Source: Rhodoferax sp. OV413
GTDB taxonomy: Bacteria; Pseudomonadota; Gammaproteobacteria; Burkholderiales; Burkholderiaceae_C
Direction: 5' to 3'
Assembly (NCBI GenBank): GCA_945861785.1
Contig: CAMAWD010000007.1
Span: 13,730-77,729 of the forward strand
Length of the DNA: 64,000 nt
The translations under genes and the position numbers were made by a program. Of the stretch, positions 1 through 9,441 are shown piece after piece. The notes beneath the pieces are model-generated. The model ran no database searches, was not told the DNA's origin, and saw nothing but the letters and a program-made list of their open reading frames with translations. Each line of letters starts with the position of its first letter. Positions within the stretch are counted from its first letter, which is position 1.

Positions 1-1160
1 ACCACATCGGCGTAGTGCAGCGAGCCATCGGCAGCCACCACATCGGGCAGCACGCCAAATCCATGCTTCAGATTGTTGGCTGCAATCGCGGCCACACGCA
101 GCTCGCGCCGGCCATCTCCAAGGTCGTGCCCGAGCAGACCATCGAGTACGTCGCCTGCATCACCGGTGATGGCCAGATCCACCGGATAGACCCAGCCGGC
201 GTGACGGGCGTCGACGTCCACGTGGGCGATGCGTTGCCGGTTCGGGTCGATCAGGGACTCGTTGCGAAAACTCAGGTAGTCCGGGCCGAGGCTGGCACCG
301 AGTGCCACCACCACGTCGGCCTGACCCAGCATGCGGTTGGCGCTCTTGCTGCCCCAGGTCCCCAGCATGCCCACGGCCACCGGGCTGGTCTCGTCCACGG
401 CACCCTTGCCGTTGTAGCTGGTAGCCACCGCGATGCCGGCGCGCTGGGCCACCTTGGCGAGAAGCGCACGTGTCGCGTCATTCTGCACACCTTGCCCAAC
501 CACCAGCACCGGGTTCGTCGCCGCTGCAAGCATGGCGGCAAGCTGTGCCACGCCATCGGCGTCCGGGCGTGCCGGAGTGTGGCGCAGGTAACCCTTCGTG
601 CCGTAGAGCTTGACACGCGGGTTGTCGACCATCTCACGCCGGATGATCGGCGTCTTCAGTACCAGGGCGGCGGGGCCCATACGCGGAAGTTGGGCATGCT
701 TGAACGCCAATTGCAGGCCGTATATGGCCTCATGCGGCTCGGTGGCGTAGGCGCAATACTTGGTCATGGTGCCCAGGACCGTGCGTACGTCGGCGGCGCC
801 GTAGTCACCCGTCATGGTCTGGTAGACACCGTACATACCGAATCCGTCGTAACACGAGGTATCGGTCAGCACCACCATCGGCGAGCCCGCAAACTGCGCC
901 TCCAGGATGCCGAACGCTCCGGTGGTACTGGCAAACGGCCCCTGCCCCATGAAGACGCCCGGGCGACCGGTGAGTTTGCCGTAGGTTTGTGCCATCACGG
1001 ATGCAATCTGCTCGCTGCGCGTGAGTACCAGGCGGAACTTGTCCTGCACTTCGTAGAACTCGTCGAGCATCCAGGTGATGCCCAGTCCAGGCAGAGTGAA
1101 AGCCGTATCGGCGCCACATTCCAGCAATGTGCGCACCAGGGCGTTCTTGGTCGTTGGCAA
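1..1160 (-). CDS. Thiamine pyrophosphate-dependent enzyme (acetolactate synthase-like family); 3' end runs off the window
   Basis: Hand translation from TTG at 1160 (AAGGAG RBS upstream): MPTTKNALVRTLLECGADTAFTLPGLGITW...LTRSEQIASVMAQTYGKLTGRPGV..., then a central domain PVLVVGQG...TSYNGKGAVDE...ADVVVALGASL...IAHVDVD. Open to position 1. Absent from the ORF track because it has no stop in the window. Confidence 0.88.
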   Translation of the reverse strand, partial: MPTTKNALVRTLLECGADTAFTLPGLGITWMLDEFYEVQDKFRLVLTRSEQIASVMAQTYGKLTGRPGVFMGQGPFASTTGAFGILEAQFAGSPMVVLTDTSCYDGFGMYGVYQTMTGDYGAADVRTVLGTMTKYCAYATEPHEAIYGLQLAFKHAQLPRMGPAALVLKTPIIRREMVDNPRVKLYGTKGYLRHTPARPDADGVAQLAAMLAAATNPVLVVGQGVQNDATRALLAKVAQRAGIAVATSYNGKGAVDETSPVAVGMLGTWGSKSANRMLGQADVVVALGASLGPDYLSFRNESLIDPNRQRIAHVDVDARHAGWVYPVDLAITGDAGDVLDGLLGHDLGDGRRELRVAAIAANNLKHGFGVLPDVVAADGSLHYADV

Positions 1161-1211
1161 ATTGGCTCTCCTTATCGACTGGCTGGCAGATCGGCGAGAC
1201 ACTCGCATTCA

Positions 1212-1225
1212 TGCAAGCGCTTGCA
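1212..1225. promoter_or_regulatory. LacI-family operator (perfect palindrome TGCAAGCGCTTGCA)
   Basis: 14-bp perfect palindrome with central CG, about 50 bp upstream of the TPP gene; near-identical copy at 1749-1762. Confidence 0.75.
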
Positions 1226-1291
1226 CAGTACTTTATGCGAAGTTCCGGGCAAGGTGAATCAGGGTAAACACCGAGACGGATCGGGCGTGCA

Positions 1292-1693
1292 TCAGTTGGC
1301 GTGGGCCGCGCGACGGACGGAGAAGCTCCCGATCGCACTGGCGACCAGTTTGCCCTCGGCGTCGGTCACGTCGCTTGCGCAGAACAGGATCGAGCGTCCG
1401 TTCTGGCGCACCTTGCCGCGGGCCACCAAGCGCCCGCGAACCGGCGCGCGCAGGAAGTTCGTCGTCAGGCTGACAGTGGCCACTCCCAACGCATCAGGAT
1501 GCAGGCTGCGCCCCGCCGACGACATCGCCACATCGAGCATCGTGGCGATGACGCCGCCATGCACGGTATTGAAATGGTTGGTCAGGTCGTCGCGCAGATC
1601 CAGCCAGAGTTCGCTCTCGCCTTGCACCAGGCGCTCACCATGCACACCCAGGAGTGCGAGGAACGGTACTTCCAGGCCAAAGAACTTTTCCAT
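1292..1693 (-). CDS. PaaI-family hotdog-fold thioesterase
   Basis: N-x-x-x-x-V-HGG-x-x-ATMLD motif (NHFNTVHGGVIATMLD); ATG at 1693 with GGAG upstream; 133 aa. Confidence 0.9.
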   Translation of the reverse strand: MEKFFGLEVPFLALLGVHGERLVQGESELWLDLRDDLTNHFNTVHGGVIATMLDVAMSSAGRSLHPDALGVATVSLTTNFLRAPVRGRLVARGKVRQNGRSILFCASDVTDAEGKLVASAIGSFSVRRAAHAN

Positions 1694-1748
1694 CGGTTGC
1701 TCCTTTGCACAGGCCAGCGTTGCGCCAACCCGATTCACGGTATGATAA

Positions 1749-1762
1749 TGCAAGCGATTGCA
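1749..1762. promoter_or_regulatory. LacI-family operator (TGCAAGCGATTGCA) next to a TATGATAAT -10-like element
   Basis: 13/14 match to the 1212 palindrome, in the divergent paaI/lacI gap. Confidence 0.72.
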
Positions 1763-1778
1763 TGCCGCACCAGACCCC

Positions 1779-2846
1779 ATGACTCGAACGCAACAGGAAC
1801 CCGCCAAGACAGGGAGCACCAGCGCCAAGCCGACGCTGCGCCCCAGTTCGTTGAGCGACGTGGCGATGCTGGCGTGCGTCTCCACCGGCACAGTGTCCAG
1901 GGTACTGTCTCGCCCGGAGATGATCAGCGAAGCGACGCGGACCCGTGTCATGGAGGCGGTGCAGCGCCTTGGCTACGTAACCAATGGCGCGGCGCGGGCA
2001 CTGGTGGCCCGGCGCACGCACACGGTCGGCGCGCTGGTGCCACGTTTTGGCAGTTCTTCATTCCCCACTCTGGTGCAGGCATTGGAGAGCACCTTGGCCG
2101 CGCGGCGCTACACGCTGCTGCTCTCGGCACCCGAACACGCCCGTGCCCAGGATCCGTCGCTCGTGCGCACATTGCTTGAGCGCGGCGTCGACGCCGTGGC
2201 ACTGCTCGGCACAGAGCACCCACCACAGACCTTTGCCATGCTCAAAGCCCACGGAGTGCCCTTCGTGTTGATGTGGGCCACCCAAAGCCAGGATGGCGCA
2301 TGCGTGGGCTTCGATGAACACAGTGCCGCTGAACTGGTGGTGGAGCACCTGGCCGGCCTGGGCCACCGGCAGATTGGATTCATTGGCGGGCGCACGGGCG
2401 ACAACGAGCGCGCTCGGCGCCGCTTGCGTGGATTGCACGAGGCGGTAGCAGGCCGGGGGATGATGCTAGGCACCAACGCCGTCGTCGAGGTCGAGTACGG
2501 TTTTCGGCAAGGTTTCACGGCGATGACCGAGTTGCTGCAGCGCAGGTTGCCGATCACTGCTGTGATCTGTGGCAACGATTACCTCGCGGCCGGCGCATTG
2601 TCGGCGCTGTCACGCGGCGGCATCGATGTGCCAAGGCAGATGTCCGTGGCCAGTTTCAACGACAACGACTTTGCCGAATTCCTGCACCCTCCCTTGACGA
2701 CCGTGCATGTGCCGATTTCCGAGATCGGCGAGCAGGCTGGTCTTTACCTGTTGGCGCGCCTGCATGGCGAAGCGCCGGTACCCATACCTGCCAGCCTGCC
2801 GGTGCATCTGGTCGTTCGCCAGAGTACGGGGCCGGTCGCCGGCTGA
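1779..2846 (+). CDS. LacI-family transcriptional regulator
   Basis: HTH SLSDVAMLACVSTGTVSRVL, hinge NGAARAL, C-terminal PTAVICGND and PPLTTV motifs. Start ATG 1779 chosen over TTG 1758. Confidence 0.95.
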   Translation: MTRTQQEPAKTGSTSAKPTLRPSSLSDVAMLACVSTGTVSRVLSRPEMISEATRTRVMEAVQRLGYVTNGAARALVARRTHTVGALVPRFGSSSFPTLVQALESTLAARRYTLLLSAPEHARAQDPSLVRTLLERGVDAVALLGTEHPPQTFAMLKAHGVPFVLMWATQSQDGACVGFDEHSAAELVVEHLAGLGHRQIGFIGGRTGDNERARRRLRGLHEAVAGRGMMLGTNAVVEVEYGFRQGFTAMTELLQRRLPITAVICGNDYLAAGALSALSRGGIDVPRQMSVASFNDNDFAEFLHPPLTTVHVPISEIGEQAGLYLLARLHGEAPVPIPASLPVHLVVRQSTGPVAG

Positions 2847-2932
2847 GCGGCACGATTGAAGGACAAGATCATGGATTTCGCCTTTCCTGCGGACCAGAAA
2901 GCACTCAGGGACTGATAAAGGAGTAAGGATTC

Positions 2933-3946
2933 ATGCGACAAATTGGCGACCTGCTGATCGGCTGCACCGCCGGTGGTGCGACCCACCAGGACACGAACAT
3001 TCCGGACATCACGACCAAGGTACAGATGGTCAAGGAAGCCGGTGTGTTCGATTACATCGACCGCACGCCGCCGGACGAGGAGTTTTCCGACCTGATGAAG
3101 GCTTCGGAGCGATTCGACCTCCCGGTGCTGGCTGGCGGCTGGTTCTATGCGCTGGGGCGGGACGAAGCCTTGTTTGAGGCGAACATCCACAAGGCGCGAC
3201 TGCTCGGCACCAAGGTGCACAACGTTCAGGTGTTGACGCGTCATGTGGATGGCCACGTGGCGACCAACCAGGAGGTCGCCGACTTCTACCTGCGGGCAAA
3301 TGATTTCGGTTGCCGCAACGGCGTGGTGCCCTGCTTTGAAGTGCACGTGAACATGTGGTCGGAGCATCTCGGCCGGGTAGAACAGGTCGCCGCACTGGTC
3401 ATGCAACGCGGCATACCCTTTTACATGACGCTGGACCACAGCCACGTGATCTTCAAGATTGACAATCCCAAGGAGCAACTGGTCCAGGACATGAAGGCTG
3501 ACATCGATGTCGGCCACCTGATACTGGACCCGTCTGTGCCGGGCAACGTCACGAAGAAGTGGATCGATGCGAACTTCGTGCATCACGCACATGCGCGTTG
3601 CGCCGTGCCGGCGAACCCGGTGAACACCTGGGCCAGGCATCCGGATGGCAGCTTCGGGCGTGGCATTCAGTATCCATTTGTCCGGCCCAGACCCGGTGAA
3701 TATGTGCAAGACGATTGGGACGAGCAGCGGATCGATCCGTGGAAGCGGGTCGTTCGCGATCTGCTGGCCCATCATGCCACGCACGACGAGAGTCCGATCC
3801 GGCAGATTTCCTGCGAGCATATTCCGGCCGTGGACTACGGCGCGGGCCACAAGTACTCGATCTTCGAGCAGAACGTGGCCTGTGCCCAGTGGATCCGCGC
3901 ACAGTGGTGCCAGTCATTTGCGTCAGCGGCAATGCCCCAGCGATGA
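2933..3946 (+). CDS. Xylose-isomerase-like / sugar-phosphate isomerase-epimerase TIM-barrel protein of unknown function
   Basis: Metal-ligand-like motifs FEVH, TLDHSH, HAHAR, SCEH; strong RBS (AAGGAG...AAGGA). Confidence 0.7.
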   Translation: MRQIGDLLIGCTAGGATHQDTNIPDITTKVQMVKEAGVFDYIDRTPPDEEFSDLMKASERFDLPVLAGGWFYALGRDEALFEANIHKARLLGTKVHNVQVLTRHVDGHVATNQEVADFYLRANDFGCRNGVVPCFEVHVNMWSEHLGRVEQVAALVMQRGIPFYMTLDHSHVIFKIDNPKEQLVQDMKADIDVGHLILDPSVPGNVTKKWIDANFVHHAHARCAVPANPVNTWARHPDGSFGRGIQYPFVRPRPGEYVQDDWDEQRIDPWKRVVRDLLAHHATHDESPIRQISCEHIPAVDYGAGHKYSIFEQNVACAQWIRAQWCQSFASAAMPQR

Positions 3947-3974
3947 ACGGATGGAAGCGCGACTACTCCAAAGA

Positions 3975-4008
3975 GTGAGACAACCCGGAACGGATCCGGT
4001 TCGCTCAC
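3975..4008 (+). terminator. Imperfect hairpin after the TIM-barrel gene, possible terminator
   Basis: GTGAG..AACCCGGA / TCCGGTT..CTCAC inverted repeat; no clear U-tract. Confidence 0.3.
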
Positions 4009-4247
4009 ACCGGCGGTAACGATTGTGCGCCTTGTCGTTGTTGACTTGGCAAGTGCGACTGGCACGTCCCAAGCACGCACGGCAAGTGTTTCGTGGTCCA
4101 TGCCGCGTAGCGGGCAAGCAGTTCCGATACCTGTAAACCCGCTTTCAGTCTGACACGGACCTCCCGCGCAATACTTACAAATCTTCTCTTGGCCGACTGC
4201 GGTGGGCTCAACAACAAATGCAGCGAAGCGGCCGTCCTGAGCGGTTC

Positions 4248-5342
4248 TCAGGTTCCCGGTCCGTCCGCGAGTCCAGTGACCCCGGCCAATCCTGGCGATT
4301 GCCCCCCAACCACCCCAAACAAATGGCAAGCCACCACCGCCCCCCGCTGCAACCCTGGCACCCGGCGCGGCACCAGCGAAGGAACGCTTTCCTGGCACCT
4401 TGCCATGGCATTCGGGCAACGCGCCGCAAACGCGCAACCTTTCGGCGGGTTGGCCGGGTCCGGCAGTTCCGAACCCGCTACTTCGTTCTCCGCCGCGATG
4501 TGTGCCGCACCCCCAGTCTTGTTGCGGCTGGGGATCGATGACAACAACAGCCGCGTGTAGGGGTGCACCGGCTGCTCGAAGATGTCGCGCGCCGGCGCCA
4601 GCTCGACGATGCTGCCGAAATACATCACCGCCACGTCGTCGCTGATATGCCGCACCACCGAGAGGTCGTGCGAGATGAAGACCATCGCCATGTTGTGCTG
4701 GCGGCGCAATTGCATCAGCAGGTTCAGGATCTGCGACTGGATCGACACGTCCAGCGCCGACACCGGCTCGTCGGCCACCAGCAGGCGCGGCTCCAGCGCC
4801 AGGGCGCGGGCAATCGCGATGCGCTGGCGCTGCCCGCCCGAAAATTCGTGCGGGTACTTGTCGGCGTCGCTGTCGGTCAGTCCCACGGTTACCAGCAGTT
4901 CATGCACGCGCTGCATGCGTTGCGCGCGGGTCTTGTCGGTCCAGTGAATATCCAGCGGCTCGCGCACGATCTCGCCGATCGTGTGTTTCGGGTCGAGCGA
5001 TGAAAACGGATCCTGGAACACCATCTGCATCCAGCGCCGGTGCGTGCGGCCTGGTTTTGCCGTGGGGGAGATCCAGTCGACACCGGCGAATTCGACCTTG
5101 CCGGCCGTCGCGTCGATCAGGCGCATAAGCGTGCGCGCCAGCGTCGACTTGCCGCATCCCGACTCGCCGACGATGCCCAGCGTGCGGCCATCGTACAGCT
5201 CGAAGCTCACCGCGTTGAGCGCCTTGAACTGCTTGTTGCCGGGCAGCATGAAGTGTTTGCTCAACCCATGTACCCGCAATAGCGACGCCGCTGGGGGCGA
5301 CGCGGGATTGCCGCCGGCCGGGCGGCTTGTGTCAGCGTGCAT
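4248..5342 (-). CDS. Dipeptide/oligopeptide ABC transporter ATP-binding subunit (OppF/DppF-like)
   Basis: Walker [17 protein letters not shown] signature, ADEPVSALD, C-terminal HPYT and Cys motif. Confidence 0.95.
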   Translation of the reverse strand: MHADTSRPAGGNPASPPAASLLRVHGLSKHFMLPGNKQFKALNAVSFELYDGRTLGIVGESGCGKSTLARTLMRLIDATAGKVEFAGVDWISPTAKPGRTHRRWMQMVFQDPFSSLDPKHTIGEIVREPLDIHWTDKTRAQRMQRVHELLVTVGLTDSDADKYPHEFSGGQRQRIAIARALALEPRLLVADEPVSALDVSIQSQILNLLMQLRRQHNMAMVFISHDLSVVRHISDDVAVMYFGSIVELAPARDIFEQPVHPYTRLLLSSIPSRNKTGGAAHIAAENEVAGSELPDPANPPKGCAFAARCPNAMARCQESVPSLVPRRVPGLQRGAVVACHLFGVVGGQSPGLAGVTGLADGPGT

Positions 5343-6318
5343 CGGCGTACCAGCAGGCAGCTTGTTCTTCGGGCTTGCCGCCCAGCACCGTCATCGGGGC
5401 GGCCTTTTCGCAGCGCGCATCAGCCCGGCTGCAACGGGACGCGAAAAGGCAGTTCTCGCCGCGCGCGCCCAGCGGCGGCACCGTGCCCGCAATCGTCGGC
5501 AGCAGTTCGCCCGGTGGGTGCCGCGCAGGAGCTGTCTGCAGCAGGGCACGGGTGTAGGGGTGTGCTGGATGGTCGAACAGCGCGGCCACACTGCGCTTCT
5601 CCGCGATGCGCCCGGCGTACATGACGGCAACCGAATCGCAGTGGTCGGCCACCAGCGCCAGATCGTGGGTGATCCACAACATGGCCATGTTGAATTCCCG
5701 GCGCAGGTCGGCCAGCAGCCGCAGAATCTGCGCCTGCACCGTCACGTCGAGTGCCGTGGTGGGTTCGTCGGCGATCAGCAGCTTGGGCTGGCAAGCCAGC
5801 GCCATCGCGATCATCACGCGCTGGCGCTGCCCGCCGGACAACTCGTGGGCGTAGGCGTGCACCCGTTTGGCCGCGGTGGCGATGCCCACCATGTCGAGCA
5901 GCTTCACTACCTGCGCCGCAGCGGCCTGCGCGTCCATGCCGCGGTGCAGACGCAGGCCCTCTGCCACCTGGTCGCCCACGGTCAGCACCGGGTTCAGGCT
6001 GGTCATCGGCTCCTGGAAGATCATCGCGATCTGGCTGCCACGCAGCTGGCGCATGGCCTTTTCGGGCAGCGCCAGCAGATCCTGGCCCTCGAACAGGATG
6101 CGGCCGCCGGCATAGACCGTCTGCGCGCGGGGCAACAGCCGCATCACCGCCATCGCGGTCACGCTCTTGCCGCAGCCCGACTCACCCACCAGCCCCAGTG
6201 TCTGGCCTGCGTGCAGCTGCAACGAGACATGGTCGAGAACGGTGTGGGTGCCGCGCGCAGTGCGCAGGCGCACGCTCAGGTCCTGGATGTCGAGCAGGGG
6301 AGGCGGCGGGTTGTACAT
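5332..6318 (-). CDS. Dipeptide/oligopeptide ABC transporter ATP-binding subunit (OppD/DppD-like)
   Basis: [41 protein letters not shown]. Confidence 0.95.
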   Translation of the reverse strand: MYNPPPPLLDIQDLSVRLRTARGTHTVLDHVSLQLHAGQTLGLVGESGCGKSVTAMAVMRLLPRAQTVYAGGRILFEGQDLLALPEKAMRQLRGSQIAMIFQEPMTSLNPVLTVGDQVAEGLRLHRGMDAQAAAAQVVKLLDMVGIATAAKRVHAYAHELSGGQRQRVMIAMALACQPKLLIADEPTTALDVTVQAQILRLLADLRREFNMAMLWITHDLALVADHCDSVAVMYAGRIAEKRSVAALFDHPAHPYTRALLQTAPARHPPGELLPTIAGTVPPLGARGENCLFASRCSRADARCEKAAPMTVLGGKPEEQAACWYADAR

Positions 6319-6325
6319 TTACGAA

Positions 6326-7375
6326 ATGATGACTCGATCGAGCCGGGAAAGGGACTTGGCGCCGCGCATCGAAGCGGCCATCGCCGATGTTACCCCGGGC
6401 GTGGTGCTGCGCGCCTTCAGCGGCGGTGCGCTGGTGTGCGACCTGCGGGTCGGCGATACCCGGCGCTTTTACGACCTGGCGTCGCTGACCAAGATCGTCT
6501 TCACCCAGCAGGCGCTGGTGCAGGCTTTCGACGCAGGGCTGTGGACACTTGACACGACCGTGGGCGACGTTTTGCCCGACTTCACCCATCCACAGACCCA
6601 TATCACCGAGCTGCTGACGCACACTTCCGGCATCGAGTGGTGGATGCCGTTTTACGAGTCGGTGGACATGGACCTGTCCTGGATGGATCGGCGGCGCTGG
6701 TTGTATGCGCAGTTGCAGGCCGCACCCTGCAACAAGACCGGCCGAGCGGTGTATTCCGATCTCGGATTCATGCTGCTGGGTTTCGTGCTGGAGGCGATGC
6801 ACGGGAAGAACCTGTTGCAAATCTGGCAGAGTCTGAAAGCACACAGCTACGCGGGCAGCAGCCTGGACTTTCACGCCGACAACCTGCCGCTGCACCCGCG
6901 CGACCAGTACGCGGCCACCGAGTTGTGCCCCTGGCGCCGCAAGCGCCTGCAGGGCGAGGTGCACGACGACAACACCTGGTCGTTCGGCGGAGTGTCCACC
7001 CATGCGGGGTTGTTCGGCAGCATCGATGACCTGGCGGCTTATGGCCTGCAGTTGCGCACGCAGTTGCTGGGTTTGCCCGGCGCCGTGGTGCAACACGCCA
7101 CTGCGCTTCAATTTTCCCGGCGCGCCATTCCGGTCGAGGCCGGCGACTGGGCGCTGGGTTTCATGCTGCCCTCGCCGCATGGCGCCAGTTGCGGCCGGTA
7201 CTTTTCGCCACGTTCTGTCGGCCACACCGGTTTCACCGGCACCTCGTTGTGGTTCGACCCCGAGCGCGACCTGCTGGTCACGATCCTTAGCAACCGGGTG
7301 TACGGGGGGCGCGAGAACAAGGCCTTCCTGGCGCTGCGCCCGCAGCTGCACGATTGGGTGGTGGAGTCTTTGTGA
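6326..7375 (+). CDS. Beta-lactamase-family serine hydrolase (AmiE/AmpH/YfeW-like)
   Basis: SxxK (ASLTK), LLTHTSG, YSDLGF and HTGFTG motifs; no signal peptide. Confidence 0.9.
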   Translation: MMTRSSRERDLAPRIEAAIADVTPGVVLRAFSGGALVCDLRVGDTRRFYDLASLTKIVFTQQALVQAFDAGLWTLDTTVGDVLPDFTHPQTHITELLTHTSGIEWWMPFYESVDMDLSWMDRRRWLYAQLQAAPCNKTGRAVYSDLGFMLLGFVLEAMHGKNLLQIWQSLKAHSYAGSSLDFHADNLPLHPRDQYAATELCPWRRKRLQGEVHDDNTWSFGGVSTHAGLFGSIDDLAAYGLQLRTQLLGLPGAVVQHATALQFSRRAIPVEAGDWALGFMLPSPHGASCGRYFSPRSVGHTGFTGTSLWFDPERDLLVTILSNRVYGGRENKAFLALRPQLHDWVVESL

Positions 7376-7866
7376 ACGACCCGCAGCCCACATCCGACTT
7401 GCAGGTCACGCCGCTCGAGGGCGAGGCCCTGGAGCGCGACTGCGCGGCACTGATGGCGGCATCCGACCCGTGGTTGACCCTCGGCTACGGCTTCGACGAT
7501 CTGTTGCGTACAGTGCGCCTGCCGGGTCGCGAGCGGTATGCGGCACATGTCGACGGGGAGTTCGCCGGCTTCCTGCTGCTCAACCTGCACGGCACCTTCG
7601 CCGGTTATATCCAGACCATCGGCCTGGCACCCCAGTTTCGCGGCAGTGGCCATGGCGCGGAGCTGCTGGCGTTTGCGGAGCAGCGGATATTGCGCGAGCA
7701 CCAGAACGTGTTTCTCTGCGTGTCCTCGTTCAACCATGCTGCGCGGCGGTTCTACGAGCGGCTGGGGTACAGCCAGGTTGGCGAACTGGTGGACTTTCTG
7801 GTGCAGGGGCATTCCGAGCTGCTGCTGCGCAAGACCATCGGGCCCTTGCGCCAGCGCAAACCATAG
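7372..7866 (+). CDS. GNAT-family N-acetyltransferase
   Basis: Acetyl-CoA motif FRGSGHG and N-x-x-A-x-x-FYERLGY; GTG start overlaps the hydrolase stop (GTGA). Confidence 0.9.
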   Translation: MNDPQPTSDLQVTPLEGEALERDCAALMAASDPWLTLGYGFDDLLRTVRLPGRERYAAHVDGEFAGFLLLNLHGTFAGYIQTIGLAPQFRGSGHGAELLAFAEQRILREHQNVFLCVSSFNHAARRFYERLGYSQVGELVDFLVQGHSELLLRKTIGPLRQRKP

Positions 7867-7891
7867 GAGTGTGGGCGGCAGGCGTCTGCCA
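7865..7891 (+). repeat. Direct repeat, left copy (AGGAGTGTGGGCGGCAG-gcg-TCTGCCA)
   Basis: 24/27 identical to 17044-17070, first 17 bp identical; contains a GGCAG/CTGCC hairpin; begins at the GNAT stop codon. Confidence 0.85.
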
Positions 7892-8084
7892 CACGGCAGA
7901 CATCCGCACACGCCAGCATACGCGTCACGCAACCATCCTTTGCTCGCGACATCATTGGCCGGGACTGGTTTCGCCGGCCATGCCGCCGAGGGGACACGGG
8001 ATCGCCGTCGCTTGCGATAACCTCGGCCCGGTAGGGCACGCGGGCCCCACGTTCCTACCGGACATACCTACAAGGAGACTTCCT

Positions 8085-9242
8085 ATGCTTTCCCAGATGA
8101 CCTTTCCAATCCTCGCGCTGCCGCAGATGGAATTCGGCGTGGATGTATCGCTGAACCTGGCGGCCCACGTGAAGGCGCTCGGGCGCAGCACGGCACTGAT
8201 CGTCACCGACGCCGGCCTGGTGGCCAGTGGAGCCATTGCCCCGCTGCTGGCCAAACTGCGGGCCGACGGCATCACCGTCGAGGTGTACGACGGGGTCGAG
8301 GCCAACCCGACCGACCTCAACGTGATGGCCGGCGCCGAACGCCTGCGTGCGCTCGACAAGCCCGTGCTGGTCGCCATCGGTGGCGGTTCGGCCATGGACT
8401 GCGGCAAGGCGATCGCGCTGCTGGCGCCCAATGGCGGCACGGTGGCCGAGCTGCAGGCGGCCCCGCCGCGGCACCCCGGCGTGCCCGTGATTGCGGTGCC
8501 CACCACCTCGGGCACCGGCTCAGAGACCAACCATGCCTGCGTGATCACAAACACGACGCTGGGCCGCAAGACCGTGCTGATTGACCTGAGCATCCGGCCC
8601 ATGGTCGCGCTGCTCGATCCCCGTCTGACGCTGGGCCTGCCGAAGTACCCGACCGCGACCTGCGGGTTCGACGTACTCACGCACGCCGTCGAGGCCTTCA
8701 CGTCGGTGCGCTGCACGCCGTACTCGGATGCGCTCGCGCTGGGCGCGATCCGAATCGTGGCGCGCCACCTGCGCGCGGTCGTCGCCGATGGGTCCGACCT
8801 CGAGGCGCGTTCGCAGTTGCTGCTGGCCTCCACCATGGCGGCGGCGGCGTTCCTGGTGTCGGGCCTGGGCAGCACGCACGGCACGGGCCATGCGTTGTCG
8901 GCGCGGCTGAATGCGGCCCATGGCCAGACGCTGGCCACCATGTTGCCGCATGTCATGGACTACAACATGCCAGTGCGCGCGGCCAAGTACGCCGAGGTGG
9001 CGCAGGCGCTGGGCGTGGCCTCGGCCACCGAGAGCGAGCAGCACAATGCGCGGGCGGCGATCCACGAGGTGCTCGCATTGCGCGCCGCCATCGGAATCGA
9101 GCGCTCGATACGGGAGCTCGGCGGCACCGATGCGCTGCTGCCCTTGCTGGTCGCCGATGCCCTGGCGGATCGCGCGAACCTGGCCAATCCGCGTCCACTG
9201 GACGCGGCCGCCTTCGAAGCCCTTTACCGGGCCGCCTGGTAA
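8085..9242 (+). CDS. Iron-containing alcohol dehydrogenase
   Basis: GGGSAMDCGK, PTTSGTGSE, DVLTHAVEA, H-x-x-x-H and HG metal ligands; AAGGAG RBS. Confidence 0.93.
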   Translation: MLSQMTFPILALPQMEFGVDVSLNLAAHVKALGRSTALIVTDAGLVASGAIAPLLAKLRADGITVEVYDGVEANPTDLNVMAGAERLRALDKPVLVAIGGGSAMDCGKAIALLAPNGGTVAELQAAPPRHPGVPVIAVPTTSGTGSETNHACVITNTTLGRKTVLIDLSIRPMVALLDPRLTLGLPKYPTATCGFDVLTHAVEAFTSVRCTPYSDALALGAIRIVARHLRAVVADGSDLEARSQLLLASTMAAAAFLVSGLGSTHGTGHALSARLNAAHGQTLATMLPHVMDYNMPVRAAKYAEVAQALGVASATESEQHNARAAIHEVLALRAAIGIERSIRELGGTDALLPLLVADALADRANLANPRPLDAAAFEALYRAAW

Positions 9243-9441
9243 GACCGCTCGGGCGTGTCAGCGCCCGGCCGAAGGCGGGACAGCTTTTGCTGCCGGGTGC
9301 GATCGTGCGCTTCGACCCGGCCGCCCACCTGCTTCACTGTTGCCGTCGCGGAAGGAACACAGAAGCTGGGGCGCCAGCGCGCCCGGCAGGGTCACCATCT
9401 TCTGCCCGGTGCGCGGGGCGCATGCTGCACGCGTCGAACTG

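Noticed and set aside
15-1745. 576-aa plus-strand ORF, and similar long shadow ORFs (4981-6552, 34140-36017, 39901-41418, 43275-45278, 45285-46937, 49258-51168)
   Set aside because: Antisense shadows of well-supported genes in high-GC DNA; no recognisable motifs.
4060-4075. Sigma54-like TGGCAC-N-AAGCA
   Set aside because: Lacks the TT before GC and points into the 3' end of a convergent gene; no downstream target.
6326-7375. Serine hydrolase as a beta-lactam resistance gene
   Set aside because: No signal peptide, and its context (anmK, peptide ABC) fits a cytoplasmic cell-wall-turnover enzyme better.
9250-9440. Possible gene fragment (LPGAIVRFDPAAHL) between Fe-ADH and the Bug gene
   Set aside because: No start, RBS or recognisable domain; cannot be supported.
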